A stretch of 64,000 nucleotides of DNA from Chrysomallon squamiferum (Eukaryota; Animalia; Mollusca): assembly GCA_012295275.1 (NCBI GenBank), contig CM022678.1, forward strand, positions 15,438,001 to 15,502,000. Reading direction: 5' to 3'. The position numbers and the translations under genes were made by a program. The notes beneath the pieces are model-generated. The model was not told the origin of the DNA. It did not search any database and was given only the letters and a program-made list of their open reading frames with translations. Below are positions 50,746-64,000 of this stretch, in pieces. Each line of letters begins with the position of its first letter. Within the stretch, counting starts at the first letter, position 1.

Positions 50746-51533
50746 TATTATTATTGTTATGTGTTTGTGTGTGTGTCTGTATGTTTGTAAGATATATATA
50801 ATGTTTTTCACACAATATTAGCAAATGGATTTTTATTGTTTGAATAATCAGTATTAAAATCCTTTCAGATTAAAAACAGAGTGTTTATTATTTCTAGAAA
50901 ATAATATTTAAACAAATTTCGGCCTCAACTCCAGCACATACCTGTACCTGTACTGATCTGTAGTAGTTGTTTTTTAAAACAAATAGATACATTCTCAAAC
51001 ACACTGAACAAAATTACAAAGTTATCTTTTGAAATCCATAAGTTTCTTTAAAATTTTAAAATATTTATTATTTTCTAATCTTATGCAGACCCAAAGAAGG
51101 AACCACCGAAAAAGGTAAAGTTGTCCTTACCAGACAATAATTTATATTAAAACTGGAAGAAAATAATGTTCAGTTGTTTCTAAATATATATATATTTCAT
51201 CATAATCATCCTCTAACAGATAAGTAGATTTTCTGTGCTGGAGTGTTAATAATGTCTGAACAAGATAAAAAAGTATTTATATTTATTATTTTTTTATTTC
51301 AATAATTTTGGTATCTGTTAATAAATAGTTATTACCGAAGTAATTGAATATTATTTGTGTATTAAACTTTATATGTATTTTTGTTGTTTATTTATTTATT
51401 TATGTTTCTAATATAATTATTGCTTTATTTTTAGCCGGAGTGTCCAAAACCAAATAAAATAAATCCAAACTTGATGGACTTTGGTCAGTCTAATCCTGCG
51501 GACAAAGACATGTATACAACTAGAGGGAGATAA
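44729..51533 (+). CDS. APOOL: MICOS complex subunit MIC27/MIC26 (apolipoprotein O-like), 229 aa, 8 exons
   Basis: Exons 44729-44743 (MAASQ), 45487-45615, 46086-46211, 48272-48326, 49641-49736, 50297-50440, 51089-51114 and 51435-51533 total 690 nt in frame. ApoO-family hallmarks: ELPIY, Gly-rich hydrophobic segment LPKAAVITVSGLGGIVAGYRGG, ALCYP, and the MIC27-type C-terminus DFGQSNPADKDMYTTR. Confidence 0.92.
46227..47965 (+). repeat. 45-bp minisatellite, about 38 copies, starting just after the APOOL exon 3 donor
   Basis: Unit ctcagactaatatctgtttttacatttcaaacattcatctcatct, in near-identical copies. Confidence 0.97.
48850..49653 (+). repeat. 45/46-bp minisatellite, 18 copies, containing the exon 5 acceptor of APOOL
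   Basis: The unit is cagtatttgtgtgttg(ca/tt)g|G(C/T)TATGT(G/A)AAGT(T/G)TATTAATGTACTA. The last copy is the real acceptor at 49640/49641. Confidence 0.96.
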
Positions 51534-53728
51534 CTCTTAAACTTTTACTCAGTTGAGGAGATCAGACACAGATGTCATTCTTAATCGGACCTGTGAAACA
51601 TTTTCTTATTTTTAATTTTTTATAATTTATTTCTTTTATTAATTATATATAAAACTTAAAAACATTAATAAATAAATACATTTTAAAGTTGCTTTAGGTG
51701 CTCTGTTTTACAGATATGAGCACAAGTGTTAAATGATAGATTTTATAAATTTAGAATGAAAAGAATTATGATATGAAATTACATTAGCTGAATGGTTAAG
51801 AGTGAAATAGATGTTTTTAATACACTTTTCAGCTTTGTGGGTGTAAAGTAATAAAAAGATTATGACTCTGATTATGCAATTACTGATTTAAAAATATACC
51901 TGTGATGATGAGAAAAATATTTCTAAATAGATTTTGTATAGCTAGAAATTATTACACCACTCAGTCTTTGCTAGTAGTCAAATATAAAAATCTTTGTTAA
52001 GTATTTTGGAAATATTGCTGTGAGTAATGGTAGCTTCATCTGCTGGATATTGACAGAAATTTATGAGGATATTTGGAGGAGGATATTTTTCATTTTTATT
52101 AAGTCAATTTATAAATAGAAATATAAAATATTTAATAAAAAGAACTAATAATTTTTTTTTTTCATTTATATTTTATTACTATATTTTACTGTTTTTAATG
52201 TATTTTTTAAATTTTGTTATTAGTAAAGAATGGTTGTCATGTTAATATAATTATTTTTATGGATATGCAATATATTTAGGCCATTTGTTTCCATCTCACA
52301 GGTAATTTTTAAATTCAGTTTTTATTTGCTTTGAAGAAATTTATAAAGTGTTTATATAATTTTTTGAAGGTTTTTGTTCTCATTTACTTTTTGTTTCTAT
52401 TTTTATTATTTTTTAACTGTAGAGATTTTTTAATTATCTAAATATGTAAATTTGTGACTTTTGTAAAAGAAATTTTCAGAATTTGATAAAAAAAAATAAT
52501 GTTTTAAGTTTAATACATGAATGTTTAATTTATGCATATTTGTGTGAAATAAATAAATGAAAATAGTTCATTATTGTTTTATTTTTTTCTCATTTATTCA
52601 AAGCATGTGGCATAAATTGAATTTTAAACATCAAATAACTGAAAGATGAATTTATTTTAAGTCATTATTTGACATATAACATAGGACAAATAGGTTAAAC
52701 AGTTATTAATTTATGCAGTTTGCTTTAAATACTAATATCAGTTCTAATTTGAAACAGATGAAAATCACAGGTGTGTTTTTCCTACTGTCACATCCTGTAT
52801 TTTGTCATCGATTTATGTTTAAAATAATATATACATAACAAAATGCACAGATCAGTAAAAAGGCTATCAAAAATTGTCAGCATAAAAATAAAAAAGAAAG
52901 AAAAAAGGAAACATGGTCAGTCTGCTTTGTTTTCAGAAAGAGTTCTGTGACTAGAAAGTGTTCATTTTATCTAAAAGGATTCTTAGTGTTAATATAAGAA
53001 TACTGAGAAATCATGGCAGAATATTTTCTACAAACAGTTATTACCAAGACCTGTAACTATTATTATTAAATTATGTTGTATGGTAACTTTATTTTATTCT
53101 TTTTATTCATTAATTTTAGATTTATTTAATTAGATTTTTCTATATTTTTTTTTTTTACTTATATTTTTTATTACTTTCTATTTATTTATTTATTATTTAT
53201 TTTTATTTTATTTTTATTTTTTTTTAGATTTTTGTCTATTTTTAATTTTTATTTTTTAAATATTTGTAATTGTTTATATTTATTTTATTATTTTATTTTA
53301 TTTTATTTTATTTTTTTTTGTTAAAGCTATTTCATCTTGACTAAAAAAAATAAAGCATTTTCATATAAAATTGAAAAACACCAAATAAACAAAGACAAGT
53401 AACACGTCAATGTTTACAATATTTATTGTAATTTTCTTTTCAATAAATATATTCTCTTTTTGGTATACATGATAACAACAAAAATATTACAACAAACAAA
53501 CTTGACAAAACAAACTGAACACAAGACATAGTTTTTGTTTAAACATTCATAAAATTGTCATGTTCTGGTAATTATACCAGAATTTATTGCACATTTACAG
53601 CAAATATTTAATAATCAGTAGTTCATGTAGAAGTATTCAAATTTATTTAAATTTCTATTCTATGTCAAGGTTTAGATTAAAATGAAAAGAGAATTTAAGA
53701 TTAGAAAACAATAACAGTAAAATGTATG

Positions 53729-53761
<33 letters not shown>

Positions 53762-55123
53762 TAGGTTTAAACATAAATATGTTCCATTTATTATTTATTT
53801 ATTTATTTATTTTGTCATTCCACTTGTTTTCTTTATTTTTTTTGTCTTTTAATCCTGTGAAGACATGAAAAATCAAATCAAAATGAATCAACATGAAGCA
53901 GCTACTGTAGTTTTTTAAGACATGAAAATACAACAGATTTATTCAGCAAACAGTTACATGTAACATTAAATCAACATAAACCTACATGTTCATTTTTTTA
54001 AGTAGAGTCAGTGATTCGATCCTTTCTGTTCACCAGTAAACACATGAAAATTATTATTACCATAGAATTCACACAAAATTATAATATTTCACAATATGAC
54101 AGTTACATTAACATATCATTGTGTATAATAGTTATTTTCTAATAAATAATTCTATGTATATGATACAGCACTATATAAAATTACATGATGTCAAAACAAA
54201 AATAACACAACAAGAATAAAATCAAAGCATCTGATAAAAGATGTATTGAATATAGATATGTCAGTTTTCTTTCTTCTTATATGCTGTTTGAAGAAACAAA
54301 ATAAGTTCAAGATAAATTTTTTAAATGTTAATATCAATTTGACAACAATAAAGAATTAAACTGAATAAATTTAAGATAATTTTTTTTTAAACATTAACAT
54401 CAGTTTGACAACAATAAATATTTAAAAACTGATAAATTGAAGAAAAAAGTAAATTTATTTACATGATGAAATTCAAATCTTTTAATATTGGAAAGGATTT
54501 TTGGTGGGGTTTTTTAATGCAATGAAACTTAATTATATAAGAAATATATTAAAGAGAAATTTATCATGACAGTTTTGACAATGAATCAAAACTGATTAGC
54601 TAAAATCAGTGTTAAATATCTGTATTAAATTTATTAAATCATTTTAAGATACACGATAATTCTAATGCTAAGTAATTAACTATTTAATACAAAATTTGAT
54701 CTGTTTCAAAAGTGACTGAAATTTTAAAACTATCAACATGAATATGTTTGTAAGACTGGAATGTTTGTCAATTTTTGCAAACACACACATAAAGTAAACT
54801 GCTTCACTTTGTAAATTAACAAGAAAAAGAAACAAGCACAAAAACAAATGTGACATCTTACTGTAAGAATTTGGATTGAAATATTCTGAACAATAAAGTA
54901 AAAAAAATAAAAATGTATATATATTGGATTTCTTGTATTTATTATTATTATTATTAAAATAAATGATTTTTGTTGAGGTTTCATTTTCATTTTTATTTTA
55001 TTTTTTTTATTTTGAGGCACATTTACCAGATCTTTATTTCAGTTGTTCTTCCTTTAGCTAAAAGGTGCTTTTTGGAATGAAAAAAAGGGTAAAAGGTGTG
55101 GAGTGAATAATGCTTCTAAATGC

Positions 55124-55221
<98 letters not shown>

Positions 55222-56604
55222 ATCAGCATTCTGTAAAAAGCAAACATGATACCTTTGAAGTTAATATTGATATTTTGAAGATGTGACAACTATAATCCCA
55301 ATATTTTCCTCACAACAAAACACTGAAATGGTAAACCAGACTGTTAATATAATAACTAAACATACCAGACCACAAATATCACAGATTGGTCCTTCAATAA
55401 CAATAACACATAACAAAAATAACTGAAATCATTTTAAGTAGAAATTGGCCGACCTTCACTAGATCTAGAACAATATATTTAGAACAGTTTCCAGTAGGCT
55501 ACAGAACAGATTTCTCTAAGTGACAGGAAAGTGCTAACTAATAATCAACCCACAGTGACAGGCACGCAAATAAACACTTGTAAAATAAAAATATATAATG
55601 TGTATGACTTTCTTCAAAGAAGCAATTTAAATATACTTGGTCTGTTTATTTATTTATTTTATTTTTTACTTATTATTGTTTTTTTTATTATTATTATTAT
55701 TATTATTTTAAATTGTGTTTTAAATGAAAGAAAGTTTTGAATCAGTAAAAAAAAATCATTCAGATTTAATTCTTCTTTGCTTTCTTTTAACTTTAAAAAA
55801 TACATTTTTTGTTTTTCTTTTATGTTTTCTTTTTAAGTTATTTTTTTCAAGATTCCTTTACAATTTCACTTGCCAAAACAAGCAGCTATAAATAGTATTT
55901 CATATATTTTTTATTTAATATTTTTTTTTTGTGTTTAATCTTTGCTAATAATAAAGAACAATGTAACATGTCATGTAAGTGGCTGTAATTTTTCTCTTAT
56001 TTAATGAAATATGAAATATCTAGACAGACTGAGTAAATGAGTAAATGAAAGCTATATCCTCAGTCTGTAAGGAATAATTTGACCTTCCTGAGCACAAAAA
56101 ACAAAAAACAAAACAAAAGGATTTTCTGAAACGAATGAAGAAAGCTATTCAGTGTATGTCTATGACTTATTTTAACTTTGATGTTATTTATCATTAGGAA
56201 ATGTTTGTATCGAAAAACTAAATAATAAAAATATGCCCAATACTTTCAGCTATGTTGCTAAATATAGTAAATTAAAACTTGTTTTTAACTAGATTGTCAT
56301 TTTAAAAGAGAAATTAAAAAAAAAAGCTGAGACAGATAAAATGTCAGTTAAAGAAAGGTTAGCAATGAGCAATAATCAATATAAATATATGTAATGTAAA
56401 TAAATTAGATTTTTAAATACATAAATAACTTGGATAAATTGTATGACCAATTTCCACGAAAGGAACATGAAGTTTAGAATTTCTGCACAACAGTTCAGAT
56501 TATTTTTATTACTTCTTACTTTTTCTTTCTTTTCTTTTCTTTATTTCTTTATTCATTTGATTTGATTATTTTATTTTTATTTTTTACTTTTTTAAATTCT
56601 TTTA

Positions 56605-56647
<43 letters not shown>

Positions 56648-57650
56648 CATCATCATATTTATTTTTCATTATATTTTTTTTTTTTTTTTAATGATTTTTT
56701 TCATTTTCTTTTTTTATTACAAATATTAACAACACTGAATTCAACTAAGTATGTTCTGAAAGTAAGATTTAAAACAGGAATATGACACTTTCTTAGAATG
56801 TAGTGAAAATAACTGACTGGATACAAACTGACATACACAGCCTGTCTTGTCACAAGTCAAAGTTAAAAACACCTGATGTCAGTTTTTAAAACCTTACAGC
56901 ATCACTGAACTCTTTATCATTTCAAAACTTACATTACATATTTACTGAATAAGTGAAAATAAAAACACAAAGTTATCTGTTGTTCATAAAGCTCGTAATT
57001 CTGATTAACTAAACCAAAAAAAAAAATCAAACTTTATGTTACTTTCATGGGATGGGTCACATACATAAACTCATCTTTCAAATATCTATAGTGATATGAA
57101 GAAACAATCTAAATATAATTCTACATATTTCCAAGTTATGTTTTATTTGGTATTTTTTTTTTTTGGTGATAAATCTTTACTAATAATAAAATATAATAAC
57201 AGAAGAGTGGAGATTCAAAATATCTAAGTGTCACCATGTTTCTGTTACCATGACAACGTGATTGTTCAGTTGAAACCATTATGAAGTAAAGTTTCGGAAA
57301 AGTGAAAAAGAAACTACTACTGATCTGCCATGTTCATGATGATCTTACAATTACAATTTATGAATGTAAAATGGCTGCAAGTTAAACTTTTTTTAAAACA
57401 GTAATATTATACTTGATTATGAGCAGTTACAGGTTACCCAGAATAAAAAATAAATAAATAAAAAAACAAATAATAATAACTTGGAAGTATAAAGAATTCC
57501 TTTTTTTTTTCTTTTTTTATCAAATCATTTACTTATGCCATCACAGGTATTCTGCAGTTGAAGTAAACTGAGATTCCTTCAGCGACCTCCATACTGTGAC
57601 ATGCAGCAAACAGCTATCTGTAGCAGCTTCCAGCACAAAGCTGCTTTATC

Positions 57651-58591
57651 TCAGTCGCTGTCGTAGTCTTCAAAGTGCTGTCCCTGTACGATTTCTGACT
57701 GGTGGTAGCGCCCTCTGCTGGCGAAGTCCTCATTGTCTGAGGTCAGCTGAGCGGCCAGGGTTTGGACTGCCGGAGTTTTCGGAGCGACGATGATTTGTTC
57801 CGGTTGATTGGTTCCGATTCTGTGAGAAAACAAAACAACTTGTGAATTTAATGTGATCCGTCTTGCATACTTTGTGCACCTCACGTGATATATCTTGATG
57901 TCTGTAGTGATCATAAAGTGTTCTTAACTTGATTGCCTTTAGTGACTATAGAGTATTCTTAACCTTTTCAGTACCTTTAGTGATCATAAAGTATCCTTAA
58001 ACTAGTGATTATCTTTAGTGATCATAAAGTGTTCTTAAACTAGTGATTATCTTTAGTGATCATAAAGTATCCTTAACCTACAGAGCATCTTTAGTGATCA
58101 TAGTGTTCTTAACCTACAGAGCATCTTTAGTGATCATAAAGTGTTCTTAACCTAGTGATTATCTTTAGTGATCATGATTAAGTGATCATAAAGTGTTCTT
58201 AAACTAGTGATTATCTTTAGTGAACATGGTAATAGTTCTTAACCTCTTGACTATACAAATGATTTTTTGTAATATAGTAATTAATAGTTTTTATTTTAAA
58301 TACTAACCTGCAACATCTTTTGAATCCTTTTTTCATCCACTCATAAAAGTTAAACTCGGCAATACCTGAAACAAGATGAAATTTCAGCATAGAAATAATT
58401 TTAAAAAAATATTATTTATATGATTATACTACCAGGTTTTGAGATTTATATATTTGTATATACATATATATTTTTTCACTAGCTATTTTATAGTATGAGC
58501 ATTTTTTTATGGTTATTTGTCTTTATTTTACACACACACACTAAATACAAAAAGTGATAGATGTATGAATATGAATATATATATATATATT

Positions 58592-58633
<42 letters not shown>

Positions 58634-61229
58634 AGACATATTAACAGATAGATGGAGATTATAAATGTACAGAGAGAGAGAGAGGGAGAGAGAGAGAGAG
58701 AGAGAGATAGTTTAATGTTGTGTAATATATATTAACAGATATTGATAATCAGATTGATTGAGGGGGTAGACTCACAGTTAGATGGAGATTATAAATGTAC
58801 AGATGGCTGTGTGTAATCAGATAGACCTGGGAAGTGAGGGGGGAACTATCACAGTGATACTGTTTAACATTGTGTAATATAATCAGATAGTTAACATTAC
58901 CTGGGAAGTAACCGGGGCTCTCACAGTGATACTGTTTAACATTGTGTAATATAATCAGATAGTTAACATTACCTGGGAAGTGAGGGGGGAACTCTCACAG
59001 TGATACTGTTTAACATTGTGTAATATAATCAGATAGTTAACATTACCTGGGAAGTAACCGGGACTCTCACAGTGATACTGTTTAACATTGTGTAATATAA
59101 TCAGTGTTAATATAATCAGATACTGTTTAGTAATATAATCAGATAGTTAACATTACCTGGGAAGTAACCGGGGCTGATACTGTTTAATGTTGTGTAATAT
59201 AATCTGTTACCTGGGATGTAAAAATAAACCACAAAGAAAGCGAGCAGTTCTCCCAGAGCATACATCCACTGAATAGAGAACATTATCACCAGACAGCACA
59301 GCGTCTGAAAACAAAAACATTCCTTAAACACACACAGAACACTGCATTGAAATACAGACAAAATTAAAACACTGCATTTGTTTAAATACAGACAAAACTC
59401 ACTTAAAAACACTGCATTTATTTAAATACAGACAAAACTCACTTAAAAACACTGCATTTATTTAAATACAGTCAAAACTCACTTAAAAACACTGCATTTA
59501 TTTAAATATAGACAAAATTAAAACACTGCATTTATTTAAATATAGACAAAACTCACTTAAAAACACTGCATTTATTTAAATACAGACAAAACTCACTCAA
59601 AAACACTGCATTTATTTAAATACAGACAAAACTCACTCAAAAACACTGCATTTATTTAAATACAGACAAAACTCACTTCAAAAACACTGCATTTATTTAA
59701 AAACACAAAAAAACAATTAATAAATATCTTTTTTTTGAAGACTCCATTATTTCTATAAACTGCCAACTTCTTAAAATTGGCTTCATAAATTAATTATATT
59801 TCTTTATGTTACAGAACAAGATGTAATATAAAGGAGTGCATTAAAGTAAATATTAATTAACTAATTTCTGTTTACTTTGTTAAACAAGTAAGTGAAAATT
59901 ACGTGGTTGTCTCCACTTACCCCAAACAGAGATATCCAACGGTTACAGAATGATGAGTACCAGGACCGAGGCTGCTGGGTAATTTCTGTGTTTGGTATCT
60001 TTTTATTACCTGAGTGTAAAAATAAGAACATATATTTACTTCATTATATTTAATTATGGTTATATGCACTTCTTAATCAGTGTTTTACTGCTCTTGAGTA
60101 TCAAGTTTAAATTGTAACAGTAAAGTTTTTCAAGAATGTCTAGATGAATTAAATCTCATTTGTTCTGAGTATTTTTGTTGTATATGAGTGAACTGCTGTG
60201 TACCCCAGTTTTGCTATTTCTCCATCTTATTCTTTCTCCCCATTTCTCTTTCTCTTTTCTCTTGCTCCCTCCAACTCTCTGTCTTTCTCACACACACACA
60301 CACAGACAGAGAGATAGAAAAAAAAGATAGAGAGAAAGAAAGAGAGAGAGAGCGAGAGAGAGAGAGAGAGAGAGATTTAGAGTGATTTAGAGAGAGAGGT
60401 AGAGAGAGATTTAGAGAGATATTTAGAGAGAGATAGAGAGAGAGGTAGAGAGAGATAGAGAGAGATTTAGAGAGAGAGAGAGAGAGAGAGAGATTTAGAG
60501 AGAGATAGAGAGATTCAGAGAGAGAGAGAGGGAGAGAGAGAGATTTAGAGAGAGATAGAGAGATTAGAGAGAGAGAGAGAGATATAGAGATAGAGAGATA
60601 GAGAGAGAGAGAGATTACAGACCTAATAGTTCTGTAGTGTCACCCAGTTCCTCTGTTTTAAGTGCAGCAGCAGAATCGGTTGACAGTTTTCTTTTAGTGG
60701 CATCAAAGTCTGCCTCTGGCGTTGTGGCGTTGCTGCCGGTGTTGACGCTGGTCTGTCTGACGAGGTGATGACCCCGCGACGACAGCCGCTCGGGGAAGAG
60801 TTTGTCGAGGTCGGACGCGAGTTTCTGAAACGAGTCTTTGTGCGTCGCCGTGTCGACCGGCTTCGAACCGAAGACCAGTGTCCCGTTGGAGAGGTCAGTC
60901 CCTGCACTGGACTTGCGGCCGAGGTCTGCGGGGCTGCCGATGTTCTGAGAAAACCTGTCCTCCCGCTCCTGCCGCCTGTCGTAGCTCATCGCGAGCACGA
61001 AGTACGAGTAGTCGATGGCTGCGTAGGTTATCATGAAGGCCGTGGTTACCACGGGAGCGAGTGTGTTCACCTCCCCCACACAGATGAACAGCAGAACCAC
61101 CACTGTTATAACTATCAGCGCGTACACCGGAACCTTGTTTGGGCCCCTCTGAAAAAAAAACAGAAAAACACAGACGCAATGCTTTTTAGTTCTTTTTCAT
61201 TCTATTCTGAATCTAAATTTACACATTGC

Positions 61230-61287
<58 letters not shown>

Positions 61288-62891
61288 GTGCATTTATTTG
61301 AATAAGTCAATGTGGTGTGCTGTGTTTGTGTGTACATATGAATAGGTGCATCTTTGTGAGTGTAGTGTGTGTGTGTGTGTGTGTGTGTGTTTGTGTGTGC
61401 CTATGAGTTTGTATATGCATGTGTGTGTTTTGGTATGTTTGAGTATCAAATTAATTATGAATTATAACTTTAAAAAATGTTTGTCATAACTTTACATCTC
61501 AGCCTGTCAGTAATCAATATTCAGGTGTAAACAAAAAGATTATTAAACATCATTTCCACTTAATCATTATTATCTGTTAATTAAGATGATGATTCTGGGT
61601 CAGGGTGACACTAGACTGTTTGTGTCTGACAACAACACCAACTGTAACAGCTTTGTAGAGAAAACAAACATTCACACCAAACTGTTACTTTCTGTTCTAT
61701 GTATTTTACAGTTATCTATCAGTGTTGCACTAACAAAATATTTGTGTTTAATTATTAATTAAATTATGTAAACTGTAGTTTACTTCAGTCATAGACAGAG
61801 ATATCAAAAATTACTGCAGGTCTTGGAAACTGATGTTTTGAAAACAAAGCAAGGTTCTGTTACAGTCAGAATGAAATGTTAAAATTGTGATGTATTTGTA
61901 ACATAACTGGAATAGAGTTCCTTGTTAGCAAATTATCAAATAGTCTGAAAAAGCCATGGGAATCATTTGTTTTCAAAACTAGTGAAAGACTAGTATTATG
62001 ATACATTTATAAAATAAATGGTGCACAGATTAACATAGTCTAGATATATATAGAGGGAGGGATACCAAGAACAAGAACTCATTAATATCAGTGGTATTCT
62101 CCCATTTGTCACACATCCAGTTTACTCAGAGTGTGTTTTTATTAGGTGTGTAACAAACAGTGCATGTAACAAATGGGAAAATACCACATCAATGGCCAAG
62201 AAATCCTGCCTTGCCAAGTAAGTATATGATTAAATAAGATTTCTTTTTCAATGAAATATGTTAATGTAAATGGTGGCCAAAGACTGCAATGTAAGTTCTA
62301 AATATTTTCAGAACTTTGTTGGCTTTTAAAATAAAATGGGGCATCAGAATCTATGATTGGTAGTAATATGGTTGAAAAAAAGGAACCAGTGGCAAGACAA
62401 ATTAATTATTTTCTAACAATCAAGCAAGTGTCAGACACTTGTGATCAACATGTGGTTTTTAGCAATCTTGTTAAAAACAAAAATAATGGACCATACATGA
62501 ACAGGTTTTAAATATACTAGTACTCCAACCTGTTGACCATCTCTTTCTTTTTACTGTTTTGTAAATGATTATGTTTTTGGTTCTAATTCTAATATTTTTA
62601 TGGGTATTAAATGTTACATTTTGCCCATGTTCTAAAACCCACAGGACTGAAACAGTTTGGCTGTGTTGTCAAAAGCCCAAGTAACCCATGACTGGTATTT
62701 CTGGTTGTATTCAATTGTTGTGTACTATTAAAACTCGTATTTACCCCATGTCCTAAAACCCGTATGATTGGAATAGTTTTCTCGTTGGCGATTGACTGGA
62801 GAATTCTCGGTGGTCCGTACAAACTTCCCATACACGAAGAGACTGAGGAGAGATAGAGACCTGCCAGCCACAGCACTCCTACAATAGACAC
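57651..62891 (-). CDS. SLC12A8: Solute carrier family 12 member 8 (cation-chloride cotransporter 9), 5'-partial, last 6 exons
   Basis: Exons 62745-62891 ([28 protein letters not shown]), 60623-61148 (GPNKVP...[26 protein letters not shown]), 59921-60009 ([14 protein letters not shown]), 59157 or 59211-59304 (IMFSIQW...SPG), 58308-58365, and 57651-57819 (EQIIVAP...[18 protein letters not shown]...TGA). These match the SLC12A8 motifs as I recall them. Confidence 0.92.
57903..58245. repeat. ~38-bp minisatellite in the last SLC12A8 intron
   Basis: Variants of tctttagtgatcataaagtgttcttaaactagtgatta, about 8-9 copies. Confidence 0.88.
58770..59215 (-). repeat. ~72-74-bp repeat containing an SLC12A8 exon 3' end and donor
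   Basis: ACCTGGGA (minus strand TCCCAG|GT) occurs at 58825, 58899, 58971, 59045, 59155 and 59209. Confidence 0.9.
59340..59703. repeat. 40-bp minisatellite, about 10 copies, ending ~35 nt upstream of an SLC12A8 acceptor
   Basis: ACTGCATT recurs at 59341, 59371, 59411, 59451, 59491 ... 59686. Confidence 0.92.
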
Positions 62892-62917
62892 CTGAAAACA
62901 GCATTAAACAACAGCAT

Positions 62918-64000
62918 TAAAGTGAGTCGCTCTGTAGCTTTGTTAAAGTGAATCGCTCTGCAGCTTTGTTAAAGTGAGTCGCTCTGCAGCTTTAGTAAAG
63001 TGAATCGCTCTGTAGCTTTGTTAAAGTGAGTCGCTCTGTAGCTTTGTTAAAGTGAGTCACTCTGTAGCTTTGTTAAAGTGAATCGCTCTGTAGCTTTGTT
63101 AAAGTCAGTCTGTAGCTTTAGTAAAGTGAATCGCTCTGTAGCTTTGTTAAAGTGAGTCGCTCTGTAGCTTTGTTAAAGTGAATCGCTCTGTAGCTTTGTT
63201 AAAGTGAGTTGCTCTGTAGCTTTGTTAAAGTGAATCGCTCTGTAGCTTTGTTAAAGTCAGTCTGTAGCTTTAGTAAAGTGAATCGCTCTGTAGCTTTGTT
63301 AAAGTGAGTCGCTCTGTAGCTTTGTTAAAGTGAGTCACTCTGTAGCTTTGTTAAAGTCAGTCTGTAGCTTTAGTAAAGTGAATCGCTCTGTAGCTTTGTT
63401 AAAGTGAGTCGCTCTGTAGCTTTGTTAAAGTCAGTCTGTAGCTTTGTTAAAGTGAGTCACTCTGTAGCTTTGTTAAAGTGAGTCGCTCTGTAGCTTTGTT
63501 AAAGTCAGTCTGTAGCTTTAGTAAAGTGAATCGCTCTGTAGCTTTGTTAAAGTGAGTCGCTCTGTAGCTTTGTTAAAGTGAGTCACTCTGTAGCTTTGTT
63601 AAAGTCAGTCTGTAGCTTTAGTAAAGTGAATCGCTCTGTAGCTTTAGTAAAGTGAGTCACTCTGTAGCTTTGTTAAAGTCAGTCTGTAGCTTTAGTAAAG
63701 TGAATCGCTCTGTAGCTTTGTTAAAGTGAAGTCTGTAGCTTTGTTAAAGTCAGTCTGTAGCTTTGTTAAAGTGAGTCACTCTGTAGCTTTGTTAAAGTCA
63801 GTCTGTAGCTTTGTTAAAGTCAGTCTGTAGCTTTAGTAAAGTGAATCACTCTGTAGCTTTGTTAAAGTGAATCACTCTGTAGCTTTGTTAAAGTGAGTCA
63901 CTCTGTAGCTTTGTTAAAGTCAGTCTGTAGCTTTAGTAAAGTGAATCGCTCTGTAGCTTTGTTAAAGTCAGTCTGTAGCTTTGTTAAAGTCAGTCTGTAG
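62918..64000. repeat. 26/22-bp two-variant minisatellite abutting the SLC12A8 acceptor at 62892-62893; runs off the window
   Basis: Units aaagtga(g/a)tcgctctgtagctttgtt and aaagtcagtctgtagcttt(a)gt are interspersed. Confidence 0.96.

Noticed and set aside
51600-57600. Possible hidden gene or RNA between APOOL and SLC12A8
   Set aside because: Very AT-rich with no GC-rich exon-like islands and no tRNA/rRNA signatures. It is consistent with convergent 3' UTRs and spacer.
60765-61301. 178-aa plus-strand ORF (likewise 3722-4126, 13924-14241 and 57596-57793)
   Set aside because: Antisense shadows of GC-rich real exons.

Overview
AT-rich, microsatellite-dense animal genomic DNA with spliceosomal introns. 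A mollusc or other lophotrochozoan is my inference; it is not prokaryotic. Four intron-containing genes were assembled by hand from GT/AG sites and reading-frame continuity: (1) the 3' part of a single-pass cadherin-like gene (+, 1-6338); (2) a convergent, full-length 29-exon cadherin-like gene (-, 41774-12291, about 1718 aa). It has a signal peptide, three copies of a five-cadherin-domain module, a 1-nt frameshift in exon 25 and a probable alternative last exon at 9283-9419; (3) MICOS subunit MIC27/APOOL (+, 44729-51533); (4) the 3' part of SLC12A8 (-, 62891-57651). Two Tigger/pogo-type transposon relics are present. The most unusual signal recurs in three of the four genes: intronic minisatellites anchored at exon boundaries, several of which repeat the splice site itself plus the adjacent exon bases. 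Arrays of up to about 23 decoy splice sites result, in young (near-identical) and old (decayed) states.
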